From: Fulvivirga sp.
Lineage (GTDB): Bacteria; Bacteroidota; Bacteroidia; Cytophagales; Cyclobacteriaceae
Direction: 5' to 3'
Length of the DNA stretch: 64,000 bases
Assembly (NCBI RefSeq): GCF_040220315.1
Contig: NZ_JAVJUY010000051.1
Location: 1,580 to 65,579 of the forward strand
The notes under the pieces were generated by a model, which searched no databases, was not told the DNA's origin, and saw nothing but the letters and a program-made list of their open reading frames with translations. Each line of letters starts with the position of its first letter. The first letter of the stretch is position 1. Positions 1 to 11,130 of the stretch are shown here, piece by piece. Position numbers and translations under genes: made by a program.

Positions 1-3000
1 ATTGGGTCGTACCTGAATGTTCAGATTACCATCTGTTAGAATATCGTTTTCATCTATTCTTCTTTGAATGGTTTTTGAATTTCGGATGGTAAAGTTAAAC
101 CTAAAAGTAAGGTCATTTTTAAGTGTAACTACTCTGCCTTGCGCCTTCCATGGCATTTTCATACCAGCCTTTGTAAAACCGAGTTCAAGTACAATATCAT
201 TACTTTTCTGTTCAGTAACCTGGGCATTACTAATGTTTAATGCTAGGTCGCGCTTAGTACGGTATTCTATTTTTCCGGTGAGCCTACTCTTAGTTCTGAT
301 GTTCACACCAATTAATGGGGCAAACTGCTCACTAATCATTACCTGACTAATTACATAAACCGGAACAAGCTCTCCATTCCGAACTTCTGCAAATCTGCTA
401 TTATTATAACTTTCCACATCATTGCCTAATTCAAGGTTGTTATTGTATTCCAGGGAATTAGAATAATTAACTACATTATAATTGGATTGATATGAATGAT
501 TTAAGGTGATGGACTGAAATTTTTCTTGAATGGCAGGTATTTTATTTAATCCGGTATAATCAATACGCCAGTTAGGAATTGGGTTTTTAGGGAAAGGACT
601 TAGACTTACATCACCTGCTCCTTTTCCAGTATAAGCAGCAATAAAGGCGGGGATTAATACATCTTGTGCATTCGTATCATATCGCACCCCTGTTTTTTGT
701 TCGAACCGATCGATAATCTCCAGCCTATTATTTTCAAAGTCCTGGAAAACAGGCGAACTGTTATCTGAATTATCTCTTGTAAAAGCTGTGCCAATAGTTA
801 AGAATGATACTGCATAACTTCCTGATCTACTGGGGCTTAAGCTCTCAAAAACAGGTTCTAATGATTGATCTTCCTGAGTATTGCGATAGATTTCTTCATA
901 TGAAGCACTTGTTAACTTCTTGGCATTTAGCTGAATATTAATACTTGGCGAAATACTCACATCAGCCCGTATATTTATATCTACAGATTTTGATTGGGTA
1001 AATGGGGCTGTGAGGTTAGGATTTGATGTAATAAAGCCACCTTCAGCAAGTTTATATCGTATTGACGATTTTTGTGATCCCAGTAAGAATGGCACTCCAG
1101 GTTGATTAAAACTACTGTCAAGCCCGAATAAATAGGCTCTTTTCGTAAATCCAGGAACAATGGTACCCTCTCTTAAGGCAACTGTAGCATTGATTGACCT
1201 TACCGACATAAGAAGTCTCAAGAAGCTATTTATTCCCTTATTTCCTTCAGGGGCTTCATCCTGGGCTTTTGGATTATTACTCAAAGAGCTTCGTCTTCTG
1301 GATGTTGGAGGTGAGTTGATATTTTTAAGGTAATTAATTTTGTTATAAAGCTTTACCAAGTCTAGTTTACCGGTGATGGAGTTATCACGGCTGTTTTGAA
1401 TCGTATTTCCATAATCGAGAGAATCTCTTTGACCCTGATCGGCATAAAACGGTCCTGCCCTCCAGGAATATGAAGCGCCATAGCGATATTCAGCGCTTAC
1501 CCAATCGGTTGCAGGTAGTTTATCAAGTGGCAATTTGTAATTGGCACTCAGGGTCTGATCGAAATTTTTCATTCGGCCAAAGTTTTCGAGGTTGGTGCGT
1601 ATGGAGTCTTTTTCTTCTTTTGTATTGATTTCGCCTTCAGGTTCGTCAATGATGGCGTTAGCTCGTGCATTGTAATCAACAGTAAGATTTCTTGTAAAGC
1701 TCCAGCCGGCATTATAGGTTCTATCCAGCGTGAAAAATTTTTGAAAGTTCTCAGTATCACTATTGCCTTCATTATTTCTAAAAACAGTTTGAATGATTTC
1801 CCTTCGTAAATCAGCCCTAAAACCTAGTTTCGTTGGAACAGGGTTAAAATTGAAGTCTTTAATTGGCTTCAAATACTTTTTATCCAATGCGGTAGAATTA
1901 CTAAATGGTTCAAAAGGCTCAACATTTGGGCTGAAGTTCCATGCGATTGTAGCATCATAATTTCGTTTTGTATATCGCTGAAGATTAAAATTGGTACGTT
2001 CGGTTTCGCTGTAGCCATACGTGAATGCGAAGTTTTCAATATCCCAAATATGGTTTTTGGGGTTTTCTTTGGTCTTTACTTTTTTAACATTGGTGAAATT
2101 AATACTGCGCCTTGTAGTAATGTCCTGAACAGTTTTTTTATACTCCTCCCGTTCTTCTTCGGTTTCAAATGAAAGCAAAGCCGCATCTAGTCGTATATCT
2201 GGGTTGGCCGGATCGAACCTCGGTGTTTGTGTCGTTTTCTCATAACTTACATACATAGGAATTTGTAAGCCGAGTTGTTCCGGTAAAAGTTTATCTACAT
2301 TCACATTGGCGGAAACATCGTAGGCCGTTGTTTCCTCCCGGGTTCTTTCTGCAATTCTTGATTGTATACCCCCGAAGCCAAATGTGGTATGTTGTAGCGT
2401 TGCAGTAACATTGGCAAAGTCGGCCAGTTTGGTATTTAGGGTGGCATTGGCAGCCCAACCTTTAGTTCGATCGAAATCAGAAACACGAAGTTCATTAGCC
2501 CAAATACAGGCCGAATGTGGCCTTCCATCTGGTGTGGCGGGGTTTCGAATACCTATTGAAAGCCATTTGGCGGAGCTTAAATCAGGATTACCTCTTAATC
2601 TAATTTGATTGTTCCCAACAACTTTGGGCCCTTCAAGAGGGAAAAGGGCTCTTTTTGAAATATTTAACCGATCTCTTTCTGATTTTAGTGCATAGAGCTG
2701 ATCCAATGCTATGTCAATTTCATTTTCCTTTGGCCATATTTCATTCGGGTCGAAAGAACCTTGAGGTGTAATTTTAAGAGGCACTTCTATTTCATAGTAG
2801 TTAGAGTCTACATCATCACCTAACCTTAAAAATGCTGTAAGTTCATTATCACTAGCTTCGCTATCTGCGTGCAAGAACATCTTAATTCGGCCATAATTGA
2901 TTAAGTCTAATTGAACCTGCTTTGTAACGGCCCTCGCATCGCCATCTTTTAGGTCATCCACACAAACCTGTAACGATTGCTCATTGAGCCTGATATTTAA

Positions 3001-6000
3001 TGTAGACGTATTGTCCTGATCACGGTCAAAGCCTGGTGGGAGTACATAAGGCGATTGAGTTGATGTACCGCCTCCGTTTTCTTCTATGTTAACAACTGAA
3101 ACAGTAAAATTATCAATATCATCACTGTCGTTTATAATGTCTAAATTTGCTTCCTCCAGGGTGTTGAGGTAACGTCTCCATCTGCTTGAAACAAAACGGA
3201 AATTCACCATTCTAAGCACTACAGGCTCTTCAAAATTGGTTAGGTAGGTTCGAAGATACCTGATCGATTTAAATCCATTGATGTTTCCAACGCTTCGATC
3301 AAATTGTCTGATAGGAATTCGAAATAAGTACCATGTTACATTATCTCCTGTTTCAGTTTCTGTTATTTGATCAACAATGTATTCATTTAACTCAATACCG
3401 CCATCAGAAGCTGGTCTTATTGGCACTCTGTATTCATAGTACTCTTCTAACTCACTTAGAGTATTATCTGCATTTAGATCTTCATTATCCGGGATAGTTG
3501 TTCCAGAAGGGGTAAATGATGTGTTACCTGTAACAACTGGCGAATTATTTTCCATGCCATTGAAATTTTTATATCGTTCTAGTAATGTGGCATCCCTGGC
3601 ATCTAATTCACCGCCAAGAAAATAACTAAAATTATCCGCTGAAGGGTCTTGCTCAACAATTACCCGGGCACCACCAGGCACTGCATTTACAAAGTCTGAA
3701 AAAATCTGATTTTCTTCGTTAGAATTAGCTCCGTCTAAACCAACATCTTGATTGGCTCGGGATGCTTCTGAATTATCGAATGCATTGGTGAGAAAAGGCT
3801 GAGTAGTTACATAACCCCATTCTGGATCAAGGACAACATCACCACCAGATTTATCACCATTAGGAGGTAGCCCGTTTTCAAATGCATGTCTTCCATCAGG
3901 AATAACATCTTCCGAGATACTTCCCAGGTTGAAGAACAAATCTCCACCGGTGGTATTGGATGAAGGATTTGGCCTACCATCATCAATCACTCCGCGAGGT
4001 CCCTGAATGAAGGGATCCATCAACCAAAACTCGATATACTCTACGTTGGCACGATCAAAATCAACTTCGGAACGTATAGCATTGGTAATTCCACCCCAAC
4101 TTCTACGAGGGTCAAAATTGAGGTTACCCTGATTATCAAGGTTGGGGTTATAGTTATACTGACCCCTTTCATTTGGGTAAAATGCCAGATCAAATACCTG
4201 TTGAAAGTTGATGATATTTAGATCTCTGTTGGAAAAAATTTCCTGTTGTTCAACTGCCCTAACATAGTGATTTTCAAGCTCTTCGTCAGAAATCCCATCA
4301 GGTCTTCTGCTATCACTTCTATAGAAAAGGTTATCGATATTATACCATGCTAATTTGGCCCTAAAATCGTTTTCAGGTCTTGTACTAGTCCCAAAGAATC
4401 TACGTTCTGGGGTTTGAGGATAAGCTGCCAATCTCCAGCTATTAGGGTTGCTTAAGGAGAATGGTGTGGCTGAGTTTTCAAAATCATCGATATATGAAGT
4501 GCCTTCGCCATCCACAATATTGGATGTGCCAGGAATCAACTGAGCAAATTCAGCACTGAAGGAAACTGAAGATGGTTCCTTTGTTGAGATCAATGGTAGC
4601 TTATCAAGCATTTTTGTTAAAAACCTTGAGTCTTTCCTGATGTTTACATCAAAGCCATATTTAGTATTTCGAATCGGTTCATTACCTACACTATTCCTTG
4701 AAATTAATGGTCGTTCGTTCAGATGAAGAAGCGTTGCTCCAAAGTTCACATCATCGTTAAGTTTGTAGTCGAAACGAGTACCTAAAAGGGTGCGCGACTG
4801 AAAATTGAAAAGATCTGCCTTTTCATAAGAGATAGAAAGTGTTTTCCCTGATAATAATACCCCTTCATTGATAATATTTACTTTGCCAAATGTATAATCA
4901 ACTGTGTAGTCTACACCCTCCTGTAAGGGAGAGCCACCAGCAAAAACCCTAACTGAACCCTCTGCAATGTTAAAACCTGGAATAACAATTTCATTGGAAG
5001 AACCAGATTGGAAAGAGCCTGTGATTACGTATTTGTTCTTATTAGAGACTAACTCCGCATCTATCTTGGTTTGGTTGTAAAGCTCCTCATACACAAACTT
5101 TTCTTTGAATTGGTCTTCTGTATCTAAAAAGGCATTGTCGAGAGGTGTGTTAAAGGGCTCAAGAAAAGGAAAAATAATCAGACCATTTTCAGTACTGATG
5201 GTAATGTCTTCCACAAAATCAAAATTACCATCTGGTTGAGGGTCATTATTAGGGTTCAACCTGTCAAGGCCCAGCAGCCTGATCAACGGTATTGTACTCG
5301 CAACTGCTCCAAACTGTAACTGGGGGTTGTCAATACCAGATAAATCATCCCGATAAATTACTCGAAGCTCAAACCCATCCTGGCTTACATTGGTGGCATT
5401 TAATGAGTAGATATTTTTCATCATTAATTCCCAAGTTGGAATTCGATTACCCTCTGTATCATCAATGCTTATTTTTCGTGGACGAAGTAATTTTAGGAAA
5501 ATAACCTCATCGTCCTTGAGATTTGAGTTATTATCAGATAGCTCGCCTACTTGATACGCTCTTCCTTGATAGGAATATTCATAAGCTACCGCTAATGCTT
5601 CATCATTTTGCAGTTTTCTAAATAGTGAAATATAACCTAATTTTTTGTTTATGGAGAATTCATTAGGGTCTAATTTTCTTGCAGTGGTAATAAGTTCGAA
5701 ATCTGTTCCGTTGGCAAATCCATCACCTGTAAGTTGATCAGTAATACTTGAAGCTTCTCTATTTGTTAAATAGTTAAATATATTATTAGCTTCATTTCTA
5801 GTTGGATTACCATTAACTATAGCTTCGGGTTGGACAAGGATGTCATTATAAATATTGCGTTGCCGCGATTCTCCCATGTCCATCATTCCAAGAATGTTTC
5901 TAGTAGTTTGCGTATCGTTGTTTCTATTCACCACATATACTTCAACCCTGGTAATATTCACACCTGAATTAATATTTGGTATTGAACTCAACCAACTCTC

Positions 6001-7005
6001 GTAGTTTTCCCTAAAGAATTGCGATAGGAAGAAATGCCGGTTTTCATCGTAATTTGAAGCTTGAAGCTCAAACTGGCGCCCTTGAACTCCACCACCATCG
6101 ATGGTTATTGTTTCTGACTTACCGCGTTGCGTTGAAGCAACTGTTGTAACATACAAGTCGCCAAATTGCAGTTGTGCTTTAACACCAAATAGGTTTTGAG
6201 CCCCGGTTATTAGACTGTTATTAAGAGGTAGACTTACATTACCTATCTCTAGCTTTTGAAGCATATCTTCTTCATAACCGGTATATTCTACTTTCAGGTT
6301 ATTCTCAAAATCAAAGGAGTTATTGTTATCAAAATTGGCCGTTACTTGTAGTTTCTCGCCAATCTTACCCACAATATTCATGCTTATCTGCTGATCGAAC
6401 TCAAACCCGCCATTACGCTGCTGCCTGATTGGGATACTGGGGTTGTTAATTCTCTGCCATCTTCCACCAAAATCGAGCGTAACAAAACCTCGTGGAATGA
6501 TTTCAACATACGTACCTCCAAATATTCTGTCGAATATTGGACTTATATATATGGGTGGTATTAAATTTCTGCCGCTTACCGCACTTTCACCATCGAGACC
6601 AGATGACCGGTTTTTCCAATAGTCCTTTAGCTGATTCCGTTCCTGGTACTGTTTGAACTCCGTAAATGACATAGATGAAGTCGGGCGATAATTCAGGTCA
6701 CCAATTTTTTCGTAGATGGTGTAATTCATACCGGTATCAATTTCAACATCTAGTTGAAGGCTCGAAGGGTCATCGAGCAGCAATGGTGAATTGCTAGGTC
6801 TACTACTAAAGGGGTCACCAAAGCGGTCTTTTGGGCGATAAGTTGGCCTGCGAGATGGTGAATAGGGTACATTTGATACACTATCTTTTTTAGTTGAATC
6901 AGCCTGTATAGTTTGAAAAACACGTTTGGTTTTTGAAACTGCATTAATGGGATATGCGCATAGAATCACGAGTGTTATAAAAACACCCACGCACGTGTTT
7001 ACCAA
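1..7005 (-). CDS. sprA: T9SS outer-membrane translocon SprA/Sov (3'-partial; stop lies beyond window start)
   Basis: Spot translation of the minus strand gives one consistent frame at 1-60, 601-660, 1441-1500, 3241-3300, 4021-4080, 6361-6420 and 6781-7020. SprA-like motifs: DRFGDPF, FDQQISMNIVGKI, ANVEYIEFWL, FKSIRYLRTYL, VLIPAFIAAY. Directly downstream of ruvA. Start uncertain (TTG 7005; alternatives TTG 7029, GTG 6990); in-frame TAA at 7035-7033. Confidence 0.95.
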   Translation of the reverse strand, partial: MVNTCVGVFITLVILCAYPINAVSKTKRVFQTIQADSTKKDSVSNVPYSPSRRPTYRPKDRFGDPFSSRPSNSPLLLDDPSSLQLDVEIDTGMNYTIYEKIGDLNYRPTSSMSFTEFKQYQERNQLKDYWKNRSSGLDGESAVSGRNLIPPIYISPIFDRIFGGTYVEIIPRGFVTLDFGGRWQRINNPSIPIRQQRNGGFEFDQQISMNIVGKIGEKLQVTANFDNNNSFDFENNLKVEYTGYEEDMLQKLEIGNVSLPLNNSLITGAQNLFGVKAQLQFGDLYVTTVASTQRGKSETITIDGGGVQGRQFELQASNYDENRHFFLSQFFRENYESWLSSIPNINSGVNITRVEVYVVNRNNDTQTTRNILGMMDMGESRQRNIYNDILVQPEAIVNGNPTRNEANNIFNYLTNREASSITDQLTGDGFANGTDFELITTARKLDPNEFSINKKLGYISLFRKLQNDEALAVAYEYSYQGRAYQVGELSDNNSNLKDDEVIFLKLLRPRKISIDDTEGNRIPTWELMMKNIYSLNATNVSQDGFELRVIYRDDLSGIDNPQLQFGAVASTIPLIRLLGLDRLNPNNDPQPDGNFDFVEDITISTENGLIIFPFLEPFNTPLDNAFLDTEDQFKEKFVYEELYNQTKIDAELVSNKNKYVITGSFQSGSSNEIVIPGFNIAEGSVRVFAGGSPLQEGVDYTVDYTFGKVNIINEGVLLSGKTLSISYEKADLFNFQSRTLLGTRFDYKLNDDVNFGATLLHLNERPLISRNSVGNEPIRNTKYGFDVNIRKDSRFLTKMLDKLPLISTKEPSSVSFSAEFAQLIPGTSNIVDGEGTSYIDDFENSATPFSLSNPNSWRLAAYPQTPERRFFGTSTRPENDFRAKLAWYNIDNLFYRSDSRRPDGISDEELENHYVRAVEQQEIFSNRDLNIINFQQVFDLAFYPNERGQYNYNPNLDNQGNLNFDPRRSWGGITNAIRSEVDFDRANVEYIEFWLMDPFIQGPRGVIDDGRPNPSSNTTGGDLFFNLGSISEDVIPDGRHAFENGLPPNGDKSGGDVVLDPEWGYVTTQPFLTNAFDNSEASRANQDVGLDGANSNEENQIFSDFVNAVPGGARVIVEQDPSADNFSYFLGGELDARDATLLERYKNFNGMENNSPVVTGNTSFTPSGTTIPDNEDLNADNTLSELEEYYEYRVPIRPASDGGIELNEYIVDQITETETGDNVTWYLFRIPIRQFDRSVGNINGFKSIRYLRTYLTNFEEPVVLRMVNFRFVSSRWRRYLNTLEEANLDIINDSDDIDNFTVSVVNIEENGGGTSTQSPYVLPPGFDRDQDNTSTLNIRLNEQSLQVCVDDLKDGDARAVTKQVQLDLINYGRIKMFLHADSEASDNELTAFLRLGDDVDSNYYEIEVPLKITPQGSFDPNEIWPKENEIDIALDQLYALKSERDRLNISKRALFPLEGPKVVGNNQIRLRGNPDLSSAKWLSIGIRNPATPDGRPHSACIWANELRVSDFDRTKGWAANATLNTKLADFANVTATLQHTTFGFGGIQSRIAERTREETTAYDVSANVNVDKLLPEQLGLQIPMYVSYEKTTQTPRFDPANPDIRLDAALLSFETEEEREEYKKTVQDITTRRSINFTNVKKVKTKENPKNHIWDIENFAFTYGYSETERTNFNLQRYTKRNYDATIAWNFSPNVEPFEPFSNSTALDKKYLKPIKDFNFNPVPTKLGFRADLRREIIQTVFRNNEGNSDTENFQKFFTLDRTYNAGWSFTRNLTVDYNARANAIIDEPEGEINTKEEKDSIRTNLENFGRMKNFDQTLSANYKLPLDKLPATDWVSAEYRYGASYSWRAGPFYADQGQRDSLDYGNTIQNSRDNSITGKLDLVKLYNKINYLKNINSPPTSRRRSSLSNNPKAQDEAPEGNKGINSFLRLLMSVRSINATVALREGTIVPGFTKRAYLFGLDSSFNQPGVPFLLGSQKSSIRYKLAEGGFITSNPNLTAPFTQSKSVDINIRADVSISPSINIQLNAKKLTSASYEEIYRNTQEDQSLEPVFESLSPSRSGSYAVSFLTIGTAFTRDNSDNSSPVFQDFENNRLEIIDRFEQKTGVRYDTNAQDVLIPAFIAAYTGKGAGDVSLSPFPKNPIPNWRIDYTGLNKIPAIQEKFQSITLNHSYQSNYNVVNYSNSLEYNNNLELGNDVESYNNSRFAEVRNGELVPVYVISQVMISEQFAPLIGVNIRTKSRLTGKIEYRTKRDLALNISNAQVTEQKSNDIVLELGFTKAGMKMPWKAQGRVVTLKNDLTFRFNFTIRNSKTIQRRIDENDILTDGNLNIQVRPN

Positions 7006-7041
7006 TGTGTTGAAAATCCCAAAAATCAAAACTTAAATATC

Positions 7042-7635
7042 TCAGGCGTTTTTTAATGAGAGCTTGATTAATTCCTCCAAAGTAATCGTATTTCCCGAAT
7101 TTTTAAGGATGCTATCAATACTTTTTTCGGCTGCATTTTTATTTATTCCTAGCGTCATTAAGGCAGATAACGCCTCTTTCTTCAATGTATTGTGGCCTCC
7201 TGAAGTTATCTTTTCACCCTCTTCGTAAAGTCCTTCTTTCTTCAGTTTATCTTTTAGTTCCAGAATAATTCTTTGTGCAGTTTTACCACCTACTCCTTTT
7301 ACACTTTGAATGGTTTTTACATCTTCCTCTACAATGGCTTGTTTTAATTCTCCGGCAGACAATGACGATTGAATCATTAAAGCAGTATTGGGACCAACGC
7401 CTGAAATAGAAAGTAAACTAAGAAACATTCTTTTTTCTGATTCGTCACTAAACCCAAAAAGCGTATGACTGTCTTCTTTAACATGTAGATAGGTATGAAT
7501 AAAAATATCCTCTTTATCTTTTACGGAAGAAAATGTATTTAATGAGATGTGTACCTGGTAACCTATGCCATTTACATCAATTATTAAATGTGTGGGCTCT
7601 TTTAAAGCTAGTTTACCTTTCAGGTATGCTATCAT
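7042..7635 (-). CDS. ruvA: Holliday junction branch migration protein RuvA
   Basis: [10 protein letters not shown]-terminus, HhH motifs SGVGP and KGVGGKTAQRIILELKDK, C-terminal ALSALMTLG domain. Confidence 0.97.
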   Translation of the reverse strand: MIAYLKGKLALKEPTHLIIDVNGIGYQVHISLNTFSSVKDKEDIFIHTYLHVKEDSHTLFGFSDESEKRMFLSLLSISGVGPNTALMIQSSLSAGELKQAIVEEDVKTIQSVKGVGGKTAQRIILELKDKLKKEGLYEEGEKITSGGHNTLKKEALSALMTLGINKNAAEKSIDSILKNSGNTITLEELIKLSLKNA

Positions 7636-9911
7636 TGTTTATTATTTTGATCGTACAATTGTGCATCCACCACTGTGATTGCCACCATATTTACAATATC
7701 TCTAACCGAAGAACCAAGTTGTAGTACATGTACGGGTTTCTTCATTCCTAATAGGATAGGGCCAATTGTTTCAGCACCACCTATTTCCATTAAGAGTTTG
7801 TATGCAATATTTCCAGCTGCTAGATTAGGGAAAATAAGCGTATTTGCTCCTTTATCTGCCAATTCACTGAATGGGTAAGCTTCTTGTTGAATTTTTGTGT
7901 CTAACGCGATATTGGCCTGAATATCACCATCAATAATTAGGTTTGGATATTTCTCCTTTGCCAAACGAACAGCTTCTCTGGTTTTATCTGGTATTTCACC
8001 TTTACTCGATCCAAAATTGGAATAAGATAAAACTGCAATACGTGGTTCCATGTCAAAAAACTCTACGCCCTTAGCCGTCATACCTATAATATCTACTAAT
8101 TCCTCCGCAGTTGGATTGACATTAACGGTAGTATCAGAAAAACAAAAAGTGCCTTTCTTAGAAAGTATAATATACATTCCAGCAACTCTTTTTACATCTT
8201 TTTCCATTCCTATAATTTGTAGGGCTGGTAGAATGGTTTTCGGATAATCTTTTGTGAGACCAGAGACCATACCATCGGCCTCACCTTTTTCTACCATCAT
8301 TGCGCCAAATACGTTACGATCCCGCATTTGTTTGTTGGCATCATAGAGTGTTACGCCCTTACGCTTTCTTTTTTCGTAGTAATGCTTGGCATATTCCTGT
8401 ACTTTTTCCTCTTCCTCATACGTGTCAAATATGGGACAGTCCTCTAAATCAAGCGTATTTTCCTTAATTAGCTCAGTTACTATTGACCTTTTACCAAGTA
8501 AAATAGGGAAACCAATACCTTCATCACGCACTGTCTGAGCCGCTTTAAGAATACGTAGATCATGTGCTTCTGCAAATACTACTCTTTTCGGGTCTTTCCG
8601 TGCCCTGCTTATTATACGTGACATTAATTTTTGATCAATGCCAATTCTGCGTTGTAATTCAAGTTTGTACTCTTCCCAGTTCTCAATATTCACCCTGGCT
8701 ACACCTGATTCCATAGCAGCTTTTGCTACTGCCGGTGAAATTGTTGTAATCAGGCGAGGATCGAGCGGTTTAGGAATTAAATATTCCTTGCCAAATTGAA
8801 TTTTGGTATTGCCATAGGCCTTACTAACCATATCAGGCACACTTTCTTTAGCTAGTGTGGCCAATGCCCTTACGGCAGCCAGCTTCATTTCTTCATTTAT
8901 TGCTGTGGCTCTAACGTCCAATGCGCCTCTGAAAATGTATGGAAAACCAAGGACGTTATTCACCTGGTTCGGATGGTCAGACCTGCCTGTTGCCATAATA
9001 AGATCATCCCTTGTCTCAACGGCTAAATCATACGCTATTTCCGGATTTGGATTGGCCAAGGCAAAAACAATTGGGTTTTCGGCCATTGACTTGATGTGCT
9101 CTGGCGTGAGTATATCTGCGACAGAGAGGCCTATGAAGAAATCGGCACCTTTTACTGCCTCCTCCAAGGTTTCTAAGTTCTTGTCAGTGGCAAATTCTGC
9201 TTTAGATTCATCAAGATTTTCTCTTGATTTATTAATGACACCTTTGCTATCGCACATGATAATGTTTTTGTGCTTTGCACCCAGAGAGGCGTATATTTTG
9301 GTGCACGCAATAGCTGCCGCACCGGCACCATTAACTACAATAGTTATGTCTTCAATTTTTTTGTTTACAAGCTCAAGCGCGTTAATCAACGCAGCTGCAG
9401 AGATAATGGCCGTACCATGCTGATCGTCATGCATGATGGGAATGTTCATCTCTTCCTTAAGTGCTCTTTCTATTTTAAAACTCTCAGGGGCTTTGATGTC
9501 TTCCAGGTTTATACCGCCAAATGTTGGTTCTAAAGACTTTACTATCTGAATAAATTTGTCGGGGTCTTCTTCGTCTATTTCAATATCGAATACATCGATA
9601 CCTGCAAATTTTTTGAATAATACACCTTTGCCTTCCATCACTGGTTTGGACGCCTCCGGGCCGATATTTCCTAGACCTAAAACAGCCGTTCCGTTAGATA
9701 TTACACCTACTAAATTTCCTTTTGCAGTGTATTTATAAACATCTTCTTTATTTGCGGCAATTTCTTTACAAGGCTCTGCCACACCTGGTGAGTAAGCCAG
9801 TGCCAGATCCATCTGTGAACCTAACGGTTTGGTGGGTACTACTTCTATTTTGCCCGGTTGACCCTGCGTATGATAATTAAGGGCATCCTCTTTTCTTATC
9901 TTGATGGCCAT
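7632..9911 (-). CDS. maeB: NADP-dependent malic enzyme with phosphotransacetylase-like C-terminal domain
   Basis: SLAYSPGVA-like motif, [32 protein letters not shown]; 759 aa with PTA-like C-terminal half. Confidence 0.96.
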   Translation of the reverse strand: MAIKIRKEDALNYHTQGQPGKIEVVPTKPLGSQMDLALAYSPGVAEPCKEIAANKEDVYKYTAKGNLVGVISNGTAVLGLGNIGPEASKPVMEGKGVLFKKFAGIDVFDIEIDEEDPDKFIQIVKSLEPTFGGINLEDIKAPESFKIERALKEEMNIPIMHDDQHGTAIISAAALINALELVNKKIEDITIVVNGAGAAAIACTKIYASLGAKHKNIIMCDSKGVINKSRENLDESKAEFATDKNLETLEEAVKGADFFIGLSVADILTPEHIKSMAENPIVFALANPNPEIAYDLAVETRDDLIMATGRSDHPNQVNNVLGFPYIFRGALDVRATAINEEMKLAAVRALATLAKESVPDMVSKAYGNTKIQFGKEYLIPKPLDPRLITTISPAVAKAAMESGVARVNIENWEEYKLELQRRIGIDQKLMSRIISRARKDPKRVVFAEAHDLRILKAAQTVRDEGIGFPILLGKRSIVTELIKENTLDLEDCPIFDTYEEEEKVQEYAKHYYEKRKRKGVTLYDANKQMRDRNVFGAMMVEKGEADGMVSGLTKDYPKTILPALQIIGMEKDVKRVAGMYIILSKKGTFCFSDTTVNVNPTAEELVDIIGMTAKGVEFFDMEPRIAVLSYSNFGSSKGEIPDKTREAVRLAKEKYPNLIIDGDIQANIALDTKIQQEAYPFSELADKGANTLIFPNLAAGNIAYKLLMEIGGAETIGPILLGMKKPVHVLQLGSSVRDIVNMVAITVVDAQLYDQNNKQ

Positions 9912-9946
9912 AGCGTAAAGATGTTAGATGAATATAAGTGACGAAA

Positions 9947-11035
9947 TTACTTGTTTTCGATCTCGGATGAAACTTTAAACGTATTCAATATTACCTGAAG
10001 CTCCCGAATAAATTCTCGCTGACTTTTGCCTGGGGAATAAACAAATCCCTCTATGTAATAAAGCCTGTTGAGTTCTTCATCAACAACAGTATAACCAATA
10101 AATGGTCCTCCCATTGATAGGTTATTTGTTTTCCATAACCCACGCGTTTCAATAGCGAATTTGTTGTTGAAGTTATACTCACGTGACGTTACGGGTATGT
10201 AGGGCACGGCAGTTTCTGTTTTAATGTATGTATCTGGCTCTGCGGGGTCTTCAAATAATTGTTGTTTGGCAACAGAATCCCTCAAATTAATAATTGCTTC
10301 TTGTGTGAACGCCTTATCCGAATTATAATTTCTGTAGGTAATAAAAATGTCTTTATCACTTTCATCATTAATCTGTCTGAACCAGATAAACCCTTTTTGA
10401 TTTACAACCATCTTATACCCAAATGGAATTCGCATAGAAAAATTATGCTCTTCCTTTAATATTCTGGTAAATCCTTCTTTTTCTTCTGCCTTGAAAAGTC
10501 CTTCAAAAAGCCGTTCATTTTCTGCGTTGTTAAAATAGCCCTGAAGCCGCTCCCTGTTTTCTTCTATTTTTTTAACTAAGTTTTCTGATGAGTTTCCAAA
10601 GAGATACATAATGTTCTGACCCCTGGCAAACTCATCTTCTGCGGTGAATACAAACAAATCATCATTGTTTCTTATTTGATCCAAAGAACTCTTTGTAAAA
10701 TAGTTTTTTACCACCCTGGATGCTGAAGATTTGCTATCCAAAGTAACTACGAATAGTAAATTCTTAACGGTTTTGAGTACACTGTTAAATTTAGTAGGTT
10801 CAACCCTATTTAACTTAAAAAGGTATTCTTGCCTTGGTAGCCCCTTTACTTCTGCTTGAAACGTTGCCTTAACAGCGTCACCTAAAGTGCCTTTCCATTG
10901 AGCCGAGTCAATTACTACAATCATTTCACCTGGTTTTCCGCTGGCTTTTGGGAGTAGTGCTACTTCCTTTTTACCGTCACAGCAAGAAAATAGAATAATA
11001 GATATAAAGAATGTTAATGCCTTATTAAGGTTCAT
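9947..11035 (-). CDS. DUF4837-family lipoprotein
   Basis: Lipobox-like FSCC; LLPKASGKPGEMIVV, RGLWK and MGGPF motifs typical of this Bacteroidota family. Confidence 0.8.
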   Translation of the reverse strand: MNLNKALTFFISIILFSCCDGKKEVALLPKASGKPGEMIVVIDSAQWKGTLGDAVKATFQAEVKGLPRQEYLFKLNRVEPTKFNSVLKTVKNLLFVVTLDSKSSASRVVKNYFTKSSLDQIRNNDDLFVFTAEDEFARGQNIMYLFGNSSENLVKKIEENRERLQGYFNNAENERLFEGLFKAEEKEGFTRILKEEHNFSMRIPFGYKMVVNQKGFIWFRQINDESDKDIFITYRNYNSDKAFTQEAIINLRDSVAKQQLFEDPAEPDTYIKTETAVPYIPVTSREYNFNNKFAIETRGLWKTNNLSMGGPFIGYTVVDEELNRLYYIEGFVYSPGKSQREFIRELQVILNTFKVSSEIENK

Positions 11036-11130
11036 AAACTATTTATTTTAAATCTTAAAGATAAGTTTCTTAATGCATCTACATAAAATAAGCCGCATTA
11101 AGTTTTAAAGTCACGGGTTGCGTGTTGGAA

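Noticed and set aside
68-6944. Short ORFs at 68-346, 1569-1772, 2384-2608, 5292-5504 and 6750-6944
   Set aside because: All lie within sprA on the opposite strand or in another frame and have no recognisable motifs.
8857-9423. 188-aa plus-strand ORF
   Set aside because: Antisense shadow of conserved maeB codons.
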